A stretch of DNA of 64,000 nt from an uncultured Methanosarcinaceae archaeon (GCA_963847185.1 CAWJYV010000007.1:128001-192000), one strand, 5' to 3'; numbered from the stretch's first letter, positions 52,067 to 63,310 are shown. Numbers and translations are program-made. Notes: generated from the sequence alone by a model not told the origin.

Positions 52067-53686
52067 ATGTATGGAATAGCCCTTGATCTGGGTACCAGCG
52101 GTTTTCGAACCCAGCTTATTGACCTTGAAACTAATGAGACTTTAAAAACAGTCATAACCATGGGCCACCCTCTCCCAGGAGGAAATGTTATGGACCACCT
52201 GGATTTTGCGATCACAACAGGTGAGGATGTAGCTCATGCGGTAATTATCGAAACCATCAGGAGAATGTTCCTGAAATTTGAGATCGACCTTTCTCTGGTA
52301 GAAAGACTTGCAGTTTGTGGAAATCCTATTCAGCTATCCCTTTTCCAGAATATAGAGATAAGAGATCTTGCATACGCCGGAGAAAACAAGCAGAAGCAGC
52401 TTGGAGTCCAGAATGTAAAGAGAGACGCCCGCCTATTTCCTGCTTCAGAGATTTTTGGGAAAGACCTGCCTAACTGCGAAGTCATCGTTCCTCCTGCAAT
52501 CAAACATGAGATCGGAGCGGATGCTCTTGCAATGATGCTTGAAACCGATTTTCTTATCCAACCCGAACCTTCACTTGTAACGGATTACGGGACAAACGCC
52601 GAAATGGCTTTGAAAGTAGGAAACAGGATCATCACGGCAAGTGCTGCAGCAGGACCTGCAATTGAAGGGCAGGGTATAAGCTGCGGAATGCTTGCAAGTC
52701 CTGGCGCAATCTGTGACGTAAAACCCGAAGGCCAGTACTGGAAAATTATGGTCCTTGATAAAGAGATGGAAAAGCAGGAAGCTTACCTTATCCATCCGGT
52801 CACAGGCGCGATAATAAAGTCCTATGGACACAAGGCAGTTGGGATTACAGGTACAGGAGTGATCTCGGCGTTCTCGCTGGCACTGAGAAGCGGGCTGATT
52901 GAGAAATCTCCCAAACTTCCTAATGGAAAGCTGATTCTGGGCCCTGGAATTGAAATTACTGAAAAAGATGTAGAGGAGGCCGGAAAAGCTATTGGTGCAA
53001 TCCGTGCCGCTCATATGACCCTTATCATTGAGTCGGGGATTAAATACGAAGATCTGGAATACGCATACATGTCAGGAGCCTCAGGTGCCTATGTAGATGC
53101 TGAAGACGCCCGCATACTCGGAGCTACTCCAGGTTATGCAAAAAAGATCGTTCAGTTCGGAAATACCTCTCTTGCCCTTGCACGTGAACTTGCCCTGGAC
53201 AAATCCAGGCTCGATGACGTAATTCAAATTGCAAAAAAAATCACTGCTGATCATCTTATGATGGCAACCAGTGACACATTCAACAACTTCTATCTCTGTG
53301 AACTTTCCTACTGGACTCAGGGAATGCCCCTGGAAATGTATGACCAGATGCTTGAACTCTATGGCCTGCCAAAACTTCCAAAAACCCTTGAACACGCCGA
53401 CATAAAAAAGAGAGTTCGAAAAGACATAGAACAGGTAGGGACCGGCGGTCTTGCCATCCTCAAAGAAATAGGCATATTCCTCGAAGTCCCTGTAGACAAG
53501 TGCATCTACTGTCAGAAATGCGTAGAAGAATGCCCCGAAAAGGCTATTGAAATCATAGAAACCGACGACCAAAGAATCGCAAAATACGACAGCCAGAAAT
53601 GCCTCGGCACAAGCTGTCGTCGCTGCGTAAGCATCTGCCCTGAAAACGCCATAGACATCACAAAACTGAAAATTAAATCAAAATAA
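52067..53686 (+). CDS. ramA: corrinoid protein reductive activase RamA
   Basis: MYGIALDLGTSG, DYGTNAEMAL, and C-terminal CIYCQKCVEECP / CLGTSCRRCVSICP ferredoxin domain; lies between mtm and pyl genes. Confidence 0.92.
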   Translation: MYGIALDLGTSGFRTQLIDLETNETLKTVITMGHPLPGGNVMDHLDFAITTGEDVAHAVIIETIRRMFLKFEIDLSLVERLAVCGNPIQLSLFQNIEIRDLAYAGENKQKQLGVQNVKRDARLFPASEIFGKDLPNCEVIVPPAIKHEIGADALAMMLETDFLIQPEPSLVTDYGTNAEMALKVGNRIITASAAAGPAIEGQGISCGMLASPGAICDVKPEGQYWKIMVLDKEMEKQEAYLIHPVTGAIIKSYGHKAVGITGTGVISAFSLALRSGLIEKSPKLPNGKLILGPGIEITEKDVEEAGKAIGAIRAAHMTLIIESGIKYEDLEYAYMSGASGAYVDAEDARILGATPGYAKKIVQFGNTSLALARELALDKSRLDDVIQIAKKITADHLMMATSDTFNNFYLCELSYWTQGMPLEMYDQMLELYGLPKLPKTLEHADIKKRVRKDIEQVGTGGLAILKEIGIFLEVPVDKCIYCQKCVEECPEKAIEIIETDDQRIAKYDSQKCLGTSCRRCVSICPENAIDITKLKIKSK

Positions 53687-53815
53687 ATTATAGTGGGATT
53701 TTACCCCCACCCATTTTTTCTGATTTTTTCGTTTCTTTTCACTGAGCATATTTGAGCCAAGACTTTATGCCATAAGCTAACCTTCCAAAGCAAAACTCGG
53801 GATTCTAAGCCATAA

Positions 53816-53907
53816 GTTAGTCCTCTTGAGCGAGCGAAGCGAGGGAAAAGGACCGCGTACTCCCGAGGCGCAATTCGGGTGGTGCAATTCGGGTGGTGCA
53901 ACTAGGA
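53816..53907. repeat. short GC-rich interspersed (REP/MITE-like) element with an internal 14-nt duplication
   Basis: TAGTCCTCTTGAGCGAGCGAAGCGAGGGAAAAGGACCGCGTACTCCCGAGGCGCAATTCGGGTGGT-GCAATTCGGGTGGT-GCAACTAG between convergent ramA and pylD. Confidence 0.5.
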
Positions 53908-53909
53908 TG

Positions 53910-54689
53910 TTACAGGACCGAATAAAGCATAGATGCTGTTCCTATTCCAAGAGGCTCCATTATAAGCTCCACATTGTATTTTTTTCTGAGCTCATCGGAA
54001 ATTGCACAGGGAATTCCTGGTGTGGAGATTACACAATTCTTCGACAACGCGACTTCAGGAATTGTATCCTCACATGGCGTCGCCTCAAAAATAATTGAAA
54101 ACTTTCTTGAGCTTGAAGGGTCAAAAGGGATAATCCCGAGATTGAAGACAGCTTTCTCAAGAAGTGCTTTGTCAGCATCGTAACCGTACACCCTGAAACC
54201 TTTTTGCACAAAATGAGCCGCTCCTGGAAATCCTACTTTTCCGAGTCCTATCACAAGTACGTCTTTTGAGTCGGCTTTCAGGTGCCTGGATGCGATTTCT
54301 GCATAAATTATGCCTGTACAGGGCTGATTATTGGCTATTTTTCCGTTTTTGAGGTTGTGAGCAAGGAAAGTGTGGTCATCAGCCATCAGAATGATTTCCG
54401 CACCTTTTTGTACTGCCTCATAATAGCCGCTGACATCAGGCATATCTGTAACAAAACTCTCAAACCCGAAATATTTTGTAATTTCGTTGAGAGAAGCCGA
54501 AAAACTTCCTATTATTCCATTTCCTGAAGTTACAGGTATAATTCCTACCCTTTCACAACAAAGAGACGTGCCGTAAAGGGCTTTACAGATTTCTTTTATA
54601 TCAAGCCCTGTTACTCTATGAACGGCAGAATCTGCTTCTTTAAGCTGTCTATTAATATTATTCAGGTCTTCTGGGGTTAAAAGTGCCAT
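53910..54689 (-). CDS. pylD: pyrrolysine synthase (3-methylornithyl-N6-L-lysine dehydrogenase)
   Basis: MALLTPEDL..., MADDHTF, GLGKVG and EPLGIG motifs; GGTGA SD. Confidence 0.95.
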   Translation of the reverse strand: MALLTPEDLNNINRQLKEADSAVHRVTGLDIKEICKALYGTSLCCERVGIIPVTSGNGIIGSFSASLNEITKYFGFESFVTDMPDVSGYYEAVQKGAEIILMADDHTFLAHNLKNGKIANNQPCTGIIYAEIASRHLKADSKDVLVIGLGKVGFPGAAHFVQKGFRVYGYDADKALLEKAVFNLGIIPFDPSSSRKFSIIFEATPCEDTIPEVALSKNCVISTPGIPCAISDELRKKYNVELIMEPLGIGTASMLYSVL

Positions 54690-54721
54690 TTTTATCACCA
54701 TTTTTATTTCGGAGATTTTTG

Positions 54722-54799
54722 AATCTCTTTCCACTTCTTTTCCTACTTCTCTTTCCACTTCTTTTCCTGCTTCTTTCCCTACTTCTCTTCCTACTTCCC
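54722..54799. repeat. 12-nt tandem repeat (GAAGTAGGAAAA-like on - strand, ~6 copies) between pylC and pylD
   Basis: Directly visible. Confidence 0.8.
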
Positions 54800-55891
54800 T
54801 TATACCGCCGCTCTGAAGTTTTCCTTTAATATCAAAAGTCCTTTCCTTTTTCTTTCGCCGGCTTCTTCCCTATCCTTGCCCCAGAAGACCAGAGTAAATA
54901 CAGGATTCTCTCCTTTACAGAGGAAAATCTCAATTCCGGGTTCTTCATAATATTTCCCGTAATCAGTTCCCATAGAAAGTACCTGTTCTCCTACAGGAAT
55001 GAGAGATCCGTTTTCTCCAAGCATTAAATGTTCGTAAATGCAGTATTTGTTTTCAGGAAGAGTTTTGATTTCCTCAACACCTTCGCCAAAGGCGCGGAAC
55101 AGAAGCTCTATCAGGTTAATGCCTGAAGAATAATAGACAGCAGTTGGGGTCTGGCTTGGAAAACGAGCATCTATTTCAATTATTTTGAGCCCTTTCGGGC
55201 CTGAGATCGCTTCCACATCCATGATCCCTTTTAAGGAAAGATTTGCTGCAAGGGCATAGGATATCTCCCTGAAATCAGGGTCAAGAGGAAGAGGGGTAAC
55301 CATATGACAGTCGTAGGTTTCGTCAATATGCACAAGGGTTTCTTTTACTACAGCAAAGCGGTTTCCATCTCCGACTACTTCAAGGGAGACAACCTCTCCT
55401 TCCACGTATTCCTCAATTAGCATGCCGGATTCAAGATCTTTGAGCTCTTTTTCGTCATAAATAATCCTGGCTCCCACACTGCTGCTCTCGCAGGGAGGTT
55501 TTACAAAATAAGGGGGTTCTAAGGGTTTATCTGCCGGAGTCGGAACTCCTATGGATGCAAAATATTCTTTTGACTTCTTCTTGTCCCTGCTGATCCAGTA
55601 TGCATCAAAATCGAAGAGTACAGGGCAGGAGGACTTATCTTTTAGGGAGCTCAGAAACTCAATACATTCAAGGTTCTCGTTTACCGGTAGTAAAGCATCA
55701 GCTCTTTTTGAGAGCTCAAGGAGCTTTTCAGGCTCCTTTGTTACATCAAAACAGTAAAACTCATCAGCGTAATTCCGGATAAGTGCCTGCGGATTTTTAT
55801 CTACTACAATCACTTTCATTCCGGCTTTTTTAGAGAGATACACAGCCTCGAAGCCCTGGAGTTTTCCACCTACAAGACATATCGTTTTCAG
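54800..55891 (-). CDS. pylC: 3-methylornithine--L-lysine ligase (ATP-grasp)
   Basis: KTICLVGGKLQGFEA, KPPCESSS and EIDARFPSQTP motifs. The homology-based start is CTG at 55891; upstream in-frame ATGs lie inside pylB. Confidence 0.95.
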   Translation of the reverse strand: MKTICLVGGKLQGFEAVYLSKKAGMKVIVVDKNPQALIRNYADEFYCFDVTKEPEKLLELSKRADALLPVNENLECIEFLSSLKDKSSCPVLFDFDAYWISRDKKKSKEYFASIGVPTPADKPLEPPYFVKPPCESSSVGARIIYDEKELKDLESGMLIEEYVEGEVVSLEVVGDGNRFAVVKETLVHIDETYDCHMVTPLPLDPDFREISYALAANLSLKGIMDVEAISGPKGLKIIEIDARFPSQTPTAVYYSSGINLIELLFRAFGEGVEEIKTLPENKYCIYEHLMLGENGSLIPVGEQVLSMGTDYGKYYEEPGIEIFLCKGENPVFTLVFWGKDREEAGERKRKGLLILKENFRAAV

Positions 55892-55892
55892 T

Positions 55893-56945
55893 CTAGCACC
55901 CCAGGAAGGCTTCAAACTCATCCTGTTTGGCAGGCTCCATCCCCATAATTTCAAGCCTTTTGATCACGCTCTGGATATCTCTGTCCCGCTCTTCGAGATC
56001 ACGGTCATAGTTTGCAACACCTTCCAATCTGGAATCTGGGGGGAGGATAGAGGTAACTATATTTGCCCCTGCGTTCAGGCGGTGAACCATACCGTCTATG
56101 CCTTCAAGGTCAAGGGAGGCTGGAATAAGGCATGTGGGAAACATTAATCTGAGAATCGAGATGATTTTGAGTTCCGAGAGATTTGATTTCTCCCTGAAAC
56201 CTGAAAGTGGGGTTCCTTCCTGGGGCAGGAAGGTCATAACCCTAACCATGTCAGGATCGTTTGTTTTCATTCCTCTCAAAGATAGAATGGTTGATTCTAT
56301 GTCGTTTCCAACTCCAGTGAGAATCCCGTCTTCTATGCAATATCCCTGCTCTTTTGCAAAGCGGCGGGCGTTGACCCTTCCTTCAAATGACTGTCCAACC
56401 CTGAGTCTCTGGTAGAGTTCAGCATCATAAGTTTCCTGATAAAGGGCAAAGAAGTTTGCTCCTTTTTCCCTGGCTTTGAGAAGAGTTGCATTATCCATCA
56501 CTCCTGGAGAGATCATTATGGGAAGCTTGAGTTCTTCCTTTACCATCTGAACAAGCTCAACAAAGCGTTCAGGCTCTTCGTGGTAGTAGGGGTCTTCTCC
56601 CATGGTCAGATCAATCATGTGAAAACCTGCCCCTTTTAAGACTGTACAGATTTCTTTGATCTCCTCTCTGGCCAAACGGTAGCGGTTAATCTCGTTTTTA
56701 CAGTTATAATAACAAAAAGCACACTGATTTTTACAGTGAGTGGAGAAATAGATAAAACAGTTAAGAAATACCCTGTTGCCGAAATAGTGATTTCTCACCT
56801 TCCGGGCAGCGTAATAAAGCTTTTCCAGATCTTCTTCGGACTCAAGGGAGAGAAGAGCCCTCAGATCATTGTCAGATAATTGAAAACCTTCAATTATTTT
56901 TTCTCCGAACCTGTCAGGTTCGTCAAGTGCCATTTTTTGGATCAA
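55893..56945 (-). CDS. pylB: 3-methylornithine synthase (radical SAM lysine mutase)
   Basis: FIYFSTHCKNQCAFCYY, LTMGED and PASLDLEG motifs; TTG start after GAGGGTGA; ends in TAG. Confidence 0.95.
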   Translation of the reverse strand: MIQKMALDEPDRFGEKIIEGFQLSDNDLRALLSLESEEDLEKLYYAARKVRNHYFGNRVFLNCFIYFSTHCKNQCAFCYYNCKNEINRYRLAREEIKEICTVLKGAGFHMIDLTMGEDPYYHEEPERFVELVQMVKEELKLPIMISPGVMDNATLLKAREKGANFFALYQETYDAELYQRLRVGQSFEGRVNARRFAKEQGYCIEDGILTGVGNDIESTILSLRGMKTNDPDMVRVMTFLPQEGTPLSGFREKSNLSELKIISILRLMFPTCLIPASLDLEGIDGMVHRLNAGANIVTSILPPDSRLEGVANYDRDLEERDRDIQSVIKRLEIMGMEPAKQDEFEAFLGC

Positions 56946-56989
56946 AATTTCACCCTCTCATAGATTTTTCGATACTTAATCCAGCCCTT

Positions 56990-57193
56990 TTAGGGACTGG
57001 TTGCCATTTTAGTATCTTTTCCTGCTTTTTTGTAATTTTGAGTTTTTATTGTCCTGTTTTTGCCATTATTTTTCTATCCTGTTTTTACGTTCTTTTTCGC
57101 AGTTGGTTTTTTACCTTTTTTGCCAGTATATTTTTGCCATTCTATCTTTGCCAGTTTATGTTTTTGCCATTCTGTTTTTGCTCTTTTTGCCAT
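56990..57193 (-). other. putative Lys-rich, amber-containing leader ORF between pylS and pylB (67 codons, TAG at codon 40)
   Basis: MAKRAKTEWQKHKLAKIEWQKYTGKKGKKPTAKKNVKTG-(TAG 57076-57074)-KNNGKNRTIKTQNYKKAGKDTKMATSP-TAA. Confidence 0.3.
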
Positions 57194-57250
57194 TTAAGTA
57201 TCTTTAATCCGTTTTAGTTGCTCCACATTAATTCAAACAGTTTTTTCAGC

Positions 57251-58552
<1,302 letters not shown>

Positions 58553-58762
58553 TTAAAAGCCCGGATGATTTCCAAGAAACAGTATTTCAGAATCCCGGCT
58601 TACCGAATATAAGCACGGAGCCAGCAATTTGCTGACAGCTACCCGGAAAAAGAAAGATCCCAAAAAACAGAAACAATTCATAGACTCCGGAAAATATCTC
58701 CAGAACACTATAAACAATTTCAACGGAATGTTATGTATACGTCATTCCGGGATTCGGAAACA

Positions 58763-58834
58763 TGGCGGAAACCCCGGGAATCTAACCCGGCTGAACGGAT
58801 TTAGAGTCCATTCGATCTACATGATCCGGTTTCC
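58763..58834 (-). tRNA. pylT: tRNA-Pyl (CUA anticodon)
   Basis: GGAAACCGGATCATGTAGATCGAATGGACTCTAAATCCGTTCAGCCGGGTTAGATTCCCGGGGTTTCCGCCA, 72 nt with encoded CCA. Confidence 0.98.
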
Positions 58835-58867
58835 TCCTGGATAAAACAGTTTGATCAAGGTTTTGTT

Positions 58868-58884
58868 TCCTATATATTTGTCTT
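58868..58884 (-). promoter_or_regulatory. probable BRE/TATA promoter of pylTSBCD
   Basis: AGACAAATATATAGG on the - strand, ~35-45 nt upstream of the mature tRNA 5' end. Confidence 0.45.
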
Positions 58885-59121
58885 AATTAATACTATAAAA
58901 TAATATTGTTTAATATATATGTTTGTTGGTTAAATCCGGACAAAAATGGAGTTTGTATTTATATTTATCGGATGATATTTTTTGTGCAGCCATTTCAAAA
59001 AATAAGACAAATGAGTGAATCAAATGGATGAAACAAATGAGTGAAACAAAATTATAAAGAATAGATAAATGCAGGAAATAATAAGAAGAAGGAATAACAA
59101 GAAGAGGTAAGTTTCCTTCTT

Positions 59122-59862
59122 TCAAGTCTTTTCATAGAGCCCAAGAGTACTTAGAGACAGCGCAGTAGCATTTATGTCTTCTTCCTTATTTCCCCAGGCG
59201 CCGTTTTTATTAGCTTTTTTAAGGAGCCATTGGATTGAATCTTCAATCTCCTCTTTAAAGCCTGCGAGAATAAGGGCCTGAATTGCCAGATTGCTTGTGG
59301 AAATATGTTCCCAGCCTCCGTCCTGCCCTTTTCTTGAAAGGATCCACTCTCCCTTTTCCCGAATAAATGTCTCGAAATCTTTGCTTTCTGCAAGATTTTC
59401 CTGTTTTTCAAGAGCCGTAATTATAAGAGAAGTAGTCCCAACCTGTTCCCAGGCAGGGCAGTAATGTTCGTATAACCACTGGCATCCTTCTCTGTCCTGT
59501 GTTCCCATATCTGCAAGAGCTCCCAGGGCATAGGCTGTGTCATAAACATCCTCATTCCAGGAATTTTTGCTTTTTCTTGCAAGCAGCCATTTTTCTGATT
59601 CCATGTAAATTATTCCTTCAGTCGAAAGGGCTGAGCACGCTCTGGCAGTGTCCCTGAGAGATGAATTCCAGGATCCATTTTCCTGTTTAAGAATCAGTTG
59701 AGTTATGTAAGGATTCTGAAGTTTCCAGAGGGCATGAGCCGTTACTGTACTGGAAAGTTCCTTTACAGAGTTAATTTTTTGAGTAGAGAGCCATTCAAAG
59801 CCTTTTTTCACAATATCAATTTCCAGGTCGCTTAACATTTTACTGTGCTTTTCAGACTTCAT
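59122..59862 (-). CDS. prenyltransferase/squalene-oxidase repeat (alpha/alpha toroid) protein
   Basis: Repeated W(L/I)L..Q...G.W motifs: QENGSW, GQDGGW and NKNGAWG. Confidence 0.75.
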   Translation of the reverse strand: MKSEKHSKMLSDLEIDIVKKGFEWLSTQKINSVKELSSTVTAHALWKLQNPYITQLILKQENGSWNSSLRDTARACSALSTEGIIYMESEKWLLARKSKNSWNEDVYDTAYALGALADMGTQDREGCQWLYEHYCPAWEQVGTTSLIITALEKQENLAESKDFETFIREKGEWILSRKGQDGGWEHISTSNLAIQALILAGFKEEIEDSIQWLLKKANKNGAWGNKEEDINATALSLSTLGLYEKT

Positions 59863-60197
59863 CTATTAATACCTGACTGGACATCAAAAGTTCCTTACTT
59901 TTGGTAACCGTTTTCCGGAAGTCAATTCTTTATTCTTTAGGACTTACGCAGTTGAACTGAAAAACAAAAACGGAAAACACTTAACTGTATAAATCAAAAT
60001 TCTCTCTACAAGGTTGCATGTGCTTGATTTCAGCCCTCAAATGCGTAAGTCCTATCTTATTTGTTGCATTTATCTGAAAATTATATTCTATTTATTTTTT
60101 CAGGGGAAGGGTGCGCTTACAGGACTTCGACATTTGGATTCCTTCCTACCTTCTCCAAAAGTCTCCAAGCAGAGCTTTATCTTCAAATTTATGTATT

Positions 60198-60659
60198 TTA
60201 AATACTCCAAGGTCCCTTGCCATGTACGACAAGCACCGGGACTTTAGCATTCCTTACGATTTTTTCAGATACGCTTCCCAGGAGAAAACGTTCAACGTCT
60301 GTTTTCCCGAGGGAACCTACAACAATCATGTCAATATGATGTTTTTCTGCAAAATTGAGAATTTCTTCTGCAGGGTGTCCTTCAAGAATCAGAGTCTCAA
60401 CCTCTACGCCTGCTTTTTCAGCCGAGCTTTGCACATAAGAGACAGCTTCCTTCCCAGCTACTCGGAACTGAACATACATTGCTTCCTCCCACCTCGCGTC
60501 TTTGGGCATTGAAGAATAAGCAAAAGTATCGATAATATAGACTGCCTGGATTTTTGCACCTATAAGGCGAGCGAGTTCAATTCCTGTATCTGCTGCGAAT
60601 CTGGCGCCCTCAGAACCGTCGGTTGCAATCAGCATTTTTCTGTAGAACTTGCTTTCCAT
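60198..60659 (-). CDS. universal stress protein
   Basis: LIATDGS, GHPAEEI and VGSLG...LLGSVSEKIVRNAKVPVLVV motifs. Confidence 0.92.
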   Translation of the reverse strand: MESKFYRKMLIATDGSEGARFAADTGIELARLIGAKIQAVYIIDTFAYSSMPKDARWEEAMYVQFRVAGKEAVSYVQSSAEKAGVEVETLILEGHPAEEILNFAEKHHIDMIVVGSLGKTDVERFLLGSVSEKIVRNAKVPVLVVHGKGPWSI

Positions 60660-61167
60660 ATACTTGCCCTCGAATTTTATCCTCCTATCTGAATATATAT
60701 ATTAATATTAATAATTTTCATCCTTAATATGCAATAAAAGGGCGAAGAACTTACGGAAACAAAAATATCCATTTCAAAAAACCGAATATGTTGATTTCAA
60801 TAAGGAAGATATACTTTGGAAAACCAGAGTTGATCACAGTAATTAAACAATCATACAAAAAGGGAAAAATACATAGAGTTAATTTCATTGAAAATTATAC
60901 ACGATGCCGCTATCGAAAATATTCAAGGACTAATCAGAGACGAATTTGCAGGCGTATAAGAATACTACCAGTTGACATCTTCAATTAATTTTGCAGCCTC
61001 AAACTCCGAAAAAAATATATTTTGTTTTTCCGAACTATCAGTTACTAACAGGATTTTTGTAAGATTTTCAAAATTTATTCTTATGCCTCGTTCCACTTAT
61101 TTTAAACTTCTAATTAAATGAACTGATTTTAATATAGTGAGATAATTTTATTTTCCTCGTAAGCTCA

Positions 61168-61662
61168 TTATGCTTGTATCAACTTTTTCTCACTTTTATG
61201 CCGTTCTCGAACAATCAGGACAGGGACTTTTGCGTGCCTAATAACTTTTTCAGATACGCTTCCAAGTATAAGACGGTCATATCCGCCTTTTCCAAGCGAC
61301 CCTACTATGATCATATCCATATTGTTGTCTTCTGCAAAACTCACAATCTTTTCAGCCGGATTTCCTTTAAGTATTCTGGACTCGACTTCAGCTCCTGCAG
61401 CTTTCGCAATTCTTTCTACATAAGATGTTGCTTCATACCCTGTTTTCTCATGGTCTTCAAGTACTTCCTTTGACCAGATTTGATCCAGCGGAACAGAACG
61501 GTAAGGAACAGTATCGATAACGTGTACAGCATAAATTTTTGCTCCACTACATCCAACCATTTCAATTCCGAAGTCTGCTGCTTCGTTTGCAGTTTCTGAA
61601 CCGTCGGTAGCGATCAGTATTTTTCTTTGCGGTCTGCATTCAATTTCATAAGTCTCTTCCAT
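61168..61662 (-). CDS. universal stress protein
   Basis: ILIATDGS, GNPAEKI and ILGSVSEKVIRHAKVPVLIV motifs. Confidence 0.92.
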   Translation of the reverse strand: MEETYEIECRPQRKILIATDGSETANEAADFGIEMVGCSGAKIYAVHVIDTVPYRSVPLDQIWSKEVLEDHEKTGYEATSYVERIAKAAGAEVESRILKGNPAEKIVSFAEDNNMDMIIVGSLGKGGYDRLILGSVSEKVIRHAKVPVLIVRERHKSEKKLIQA

Positions 61663-62084
61663 GTTTACTCCCTCATACTCTGGATTTATTCTTCATATAT
61701 TCTCTCTGTACTGAATTTTTATGTTTTCACAGGCTCGTTGCCGTACAACAAGAATTGGGGTCTTTGCATCTATGACCATTTTTTCCGGGTATGCTACTTT
61801 TCTGGAAGCATTCAATATCTGGTTTCAGGATCGAGCCCATATAATAGCATTAATTCCCGGTTTTTCAAAATTGAGGATTTCTTTTTCCCGGCACTCCGTT
61901 AACTGCGATAGGATTTCTAGAAATTTTACCTCTATTTTCCGGCCCCACAAATTGATCCCCTATTTGAATATTGACGCACGCATATTAATAATTTTCATCA
62001 AATAACTCTTAAAAAAGGAGAAGTCTCCATAAAATGCAAAAATGAATATACTTTCAAACATAACTAAAAAGTGGAGGATAAAGC

Positions 62085-63056
62085 TTGGAAATACGCGGAA
62101 TCAAGTCGTCTCATGCCTTATTTTTGTTATTTTTTGTTATTGCCTTCGCTTTTAGTAGCGGTTGCGTCCAAGATTTTGAAGAAAGAAGTTCCTACAATAT
62201 AAGGAGTATGGACATTTCGGCAGACCGCATAGGAACTGCCTTTGTAGATCTCAATGTCACGACATATATTGAAAAATATGACGGAAATGCAGCGAAAAAC
62301 ACTTCCCTCCTTCTTAAAGCGTATAGCAAAGAAAGCGGGCTGCTTGAAGCACAGAAAGAAGTAAAACTGGAGACTATAAAAAAAGGAGAAACAAAATCAG
62401 TAAATCAGATCCTGAGTCTTCCGAAAAATGGAGGCTACTCTCTTCGTTCTGTCCTATACGAAGAAAATAAAGAAAAAAGCACTGGAGAAATCGAAGTCTA
62501 TAATCTGGACTCTCTGCCTGCAGATGTACAGGATACAGGACTTGAAATTTCCGAAATGGACTTCAGGGTAAAGGGAGTAGAAAGCGGAAAAGTCCTTGTT
62601 GAGAATGATATCTACCTGACAAATGAAGGAAGAGAGGCCAGCAATGATTTCCCTATACTTGTTAAAGTCCGGGAAATGGATGCAGGGCTTTTAGCTGATA
62701 AAATCTGGACTCAAACAGGAAAAATCGAACCCGAATCAACAGTTATCCGGAGTGTCAATCTGACAATGCCAGATCAGTACAACTACATTGTTGAAGTCTT
62801 AATCTGGAACAACGACACTATAGTCAAGCGTGGAGAAGGATATATTCAGCTAAGTCCTACAGTTAAGATTCAAGATAAAAACATCACCGAATCCCGGAAG
62901 ATTCAGACAAGCGAATTCGAAGTCAATGACGTAGTTGAAGAGATCCCAGAGCCTGAGTATGCTGAAAACGGAGGAGAAGAAACGCCTGGATTTGGCTTGC
63001 TTTTATCTACAGTCCTTCTCTGTTCGACAGTACTTTTCAGGAGGCGGTTTAAGTGA
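62085..63056 (+). CDS. PGF-CTERM-anchored surface protein
   Basis: Signal peptide ending FSSGC; C-terminal TPGF + hydrophobic helix + RRRFK. Confidence 0.8.
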   Translation: MEIRGIKSSHALFLLFFVIAFAFSSGCVQDFEERSSYNIRSMDISADRIGTAFVDLNVTTYIEKYDGNAAKNTSLLLKAYSKESGLLEAQKEVKLETIKKGETKSVNQILSLPKNGGYSLRSVLYEENKEKSTGEIEVYNLDSLPADVQDTGLEISEMDFRVKGVESGKVLVENDIYLTNEGREASNDFPILVKVREMDAGLLADKIWTQTGKIEPESTVIRSVNLTMPDQYNYIVEVLIWNNDTIVKRGEGYIQLSPTVKIQDKNITESRKIQTSEFEVNDVVEEIPEPEYAENGGEETPGFGLLLSTVLLCSTVLFRRRFK

Positions 63057-63310
63057 GTGAAGCAGAAAATACCACGTCAGAGCCAAAAAGGAATAAGACA
63101 TCAGATATGGGAGAGAACTTTAAAAAAGGAATTTTCCTCATTGCTATGTTGCTTCTCCTTATAGCAACCTTCCAGCTCTATTTTTCCATAGAGAGTATAA
63201 TCAATACGTGGTTCGAGTATCAATATATCCCTATTTTCAGGGCTGTATATAACTTCATTGTCCTTATCGTGAGCCTGTATATTATCAGACTGTATATTGT
63301 AAAACGTTGA
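63053..63310 (+). CDS. small two-TM membrane protein
   Basis: GTGA overlap with the upstream gene; two hydrophobic stretches. Confidence 0.7.
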   Translation: MSEAENTTSEPKRNKTSDMGENFKKGIFLIAMLLLLIATFQLYFSIESIINTWFEYQYIPIFRAVYNFIVLIVSLYIIRLYIVKR

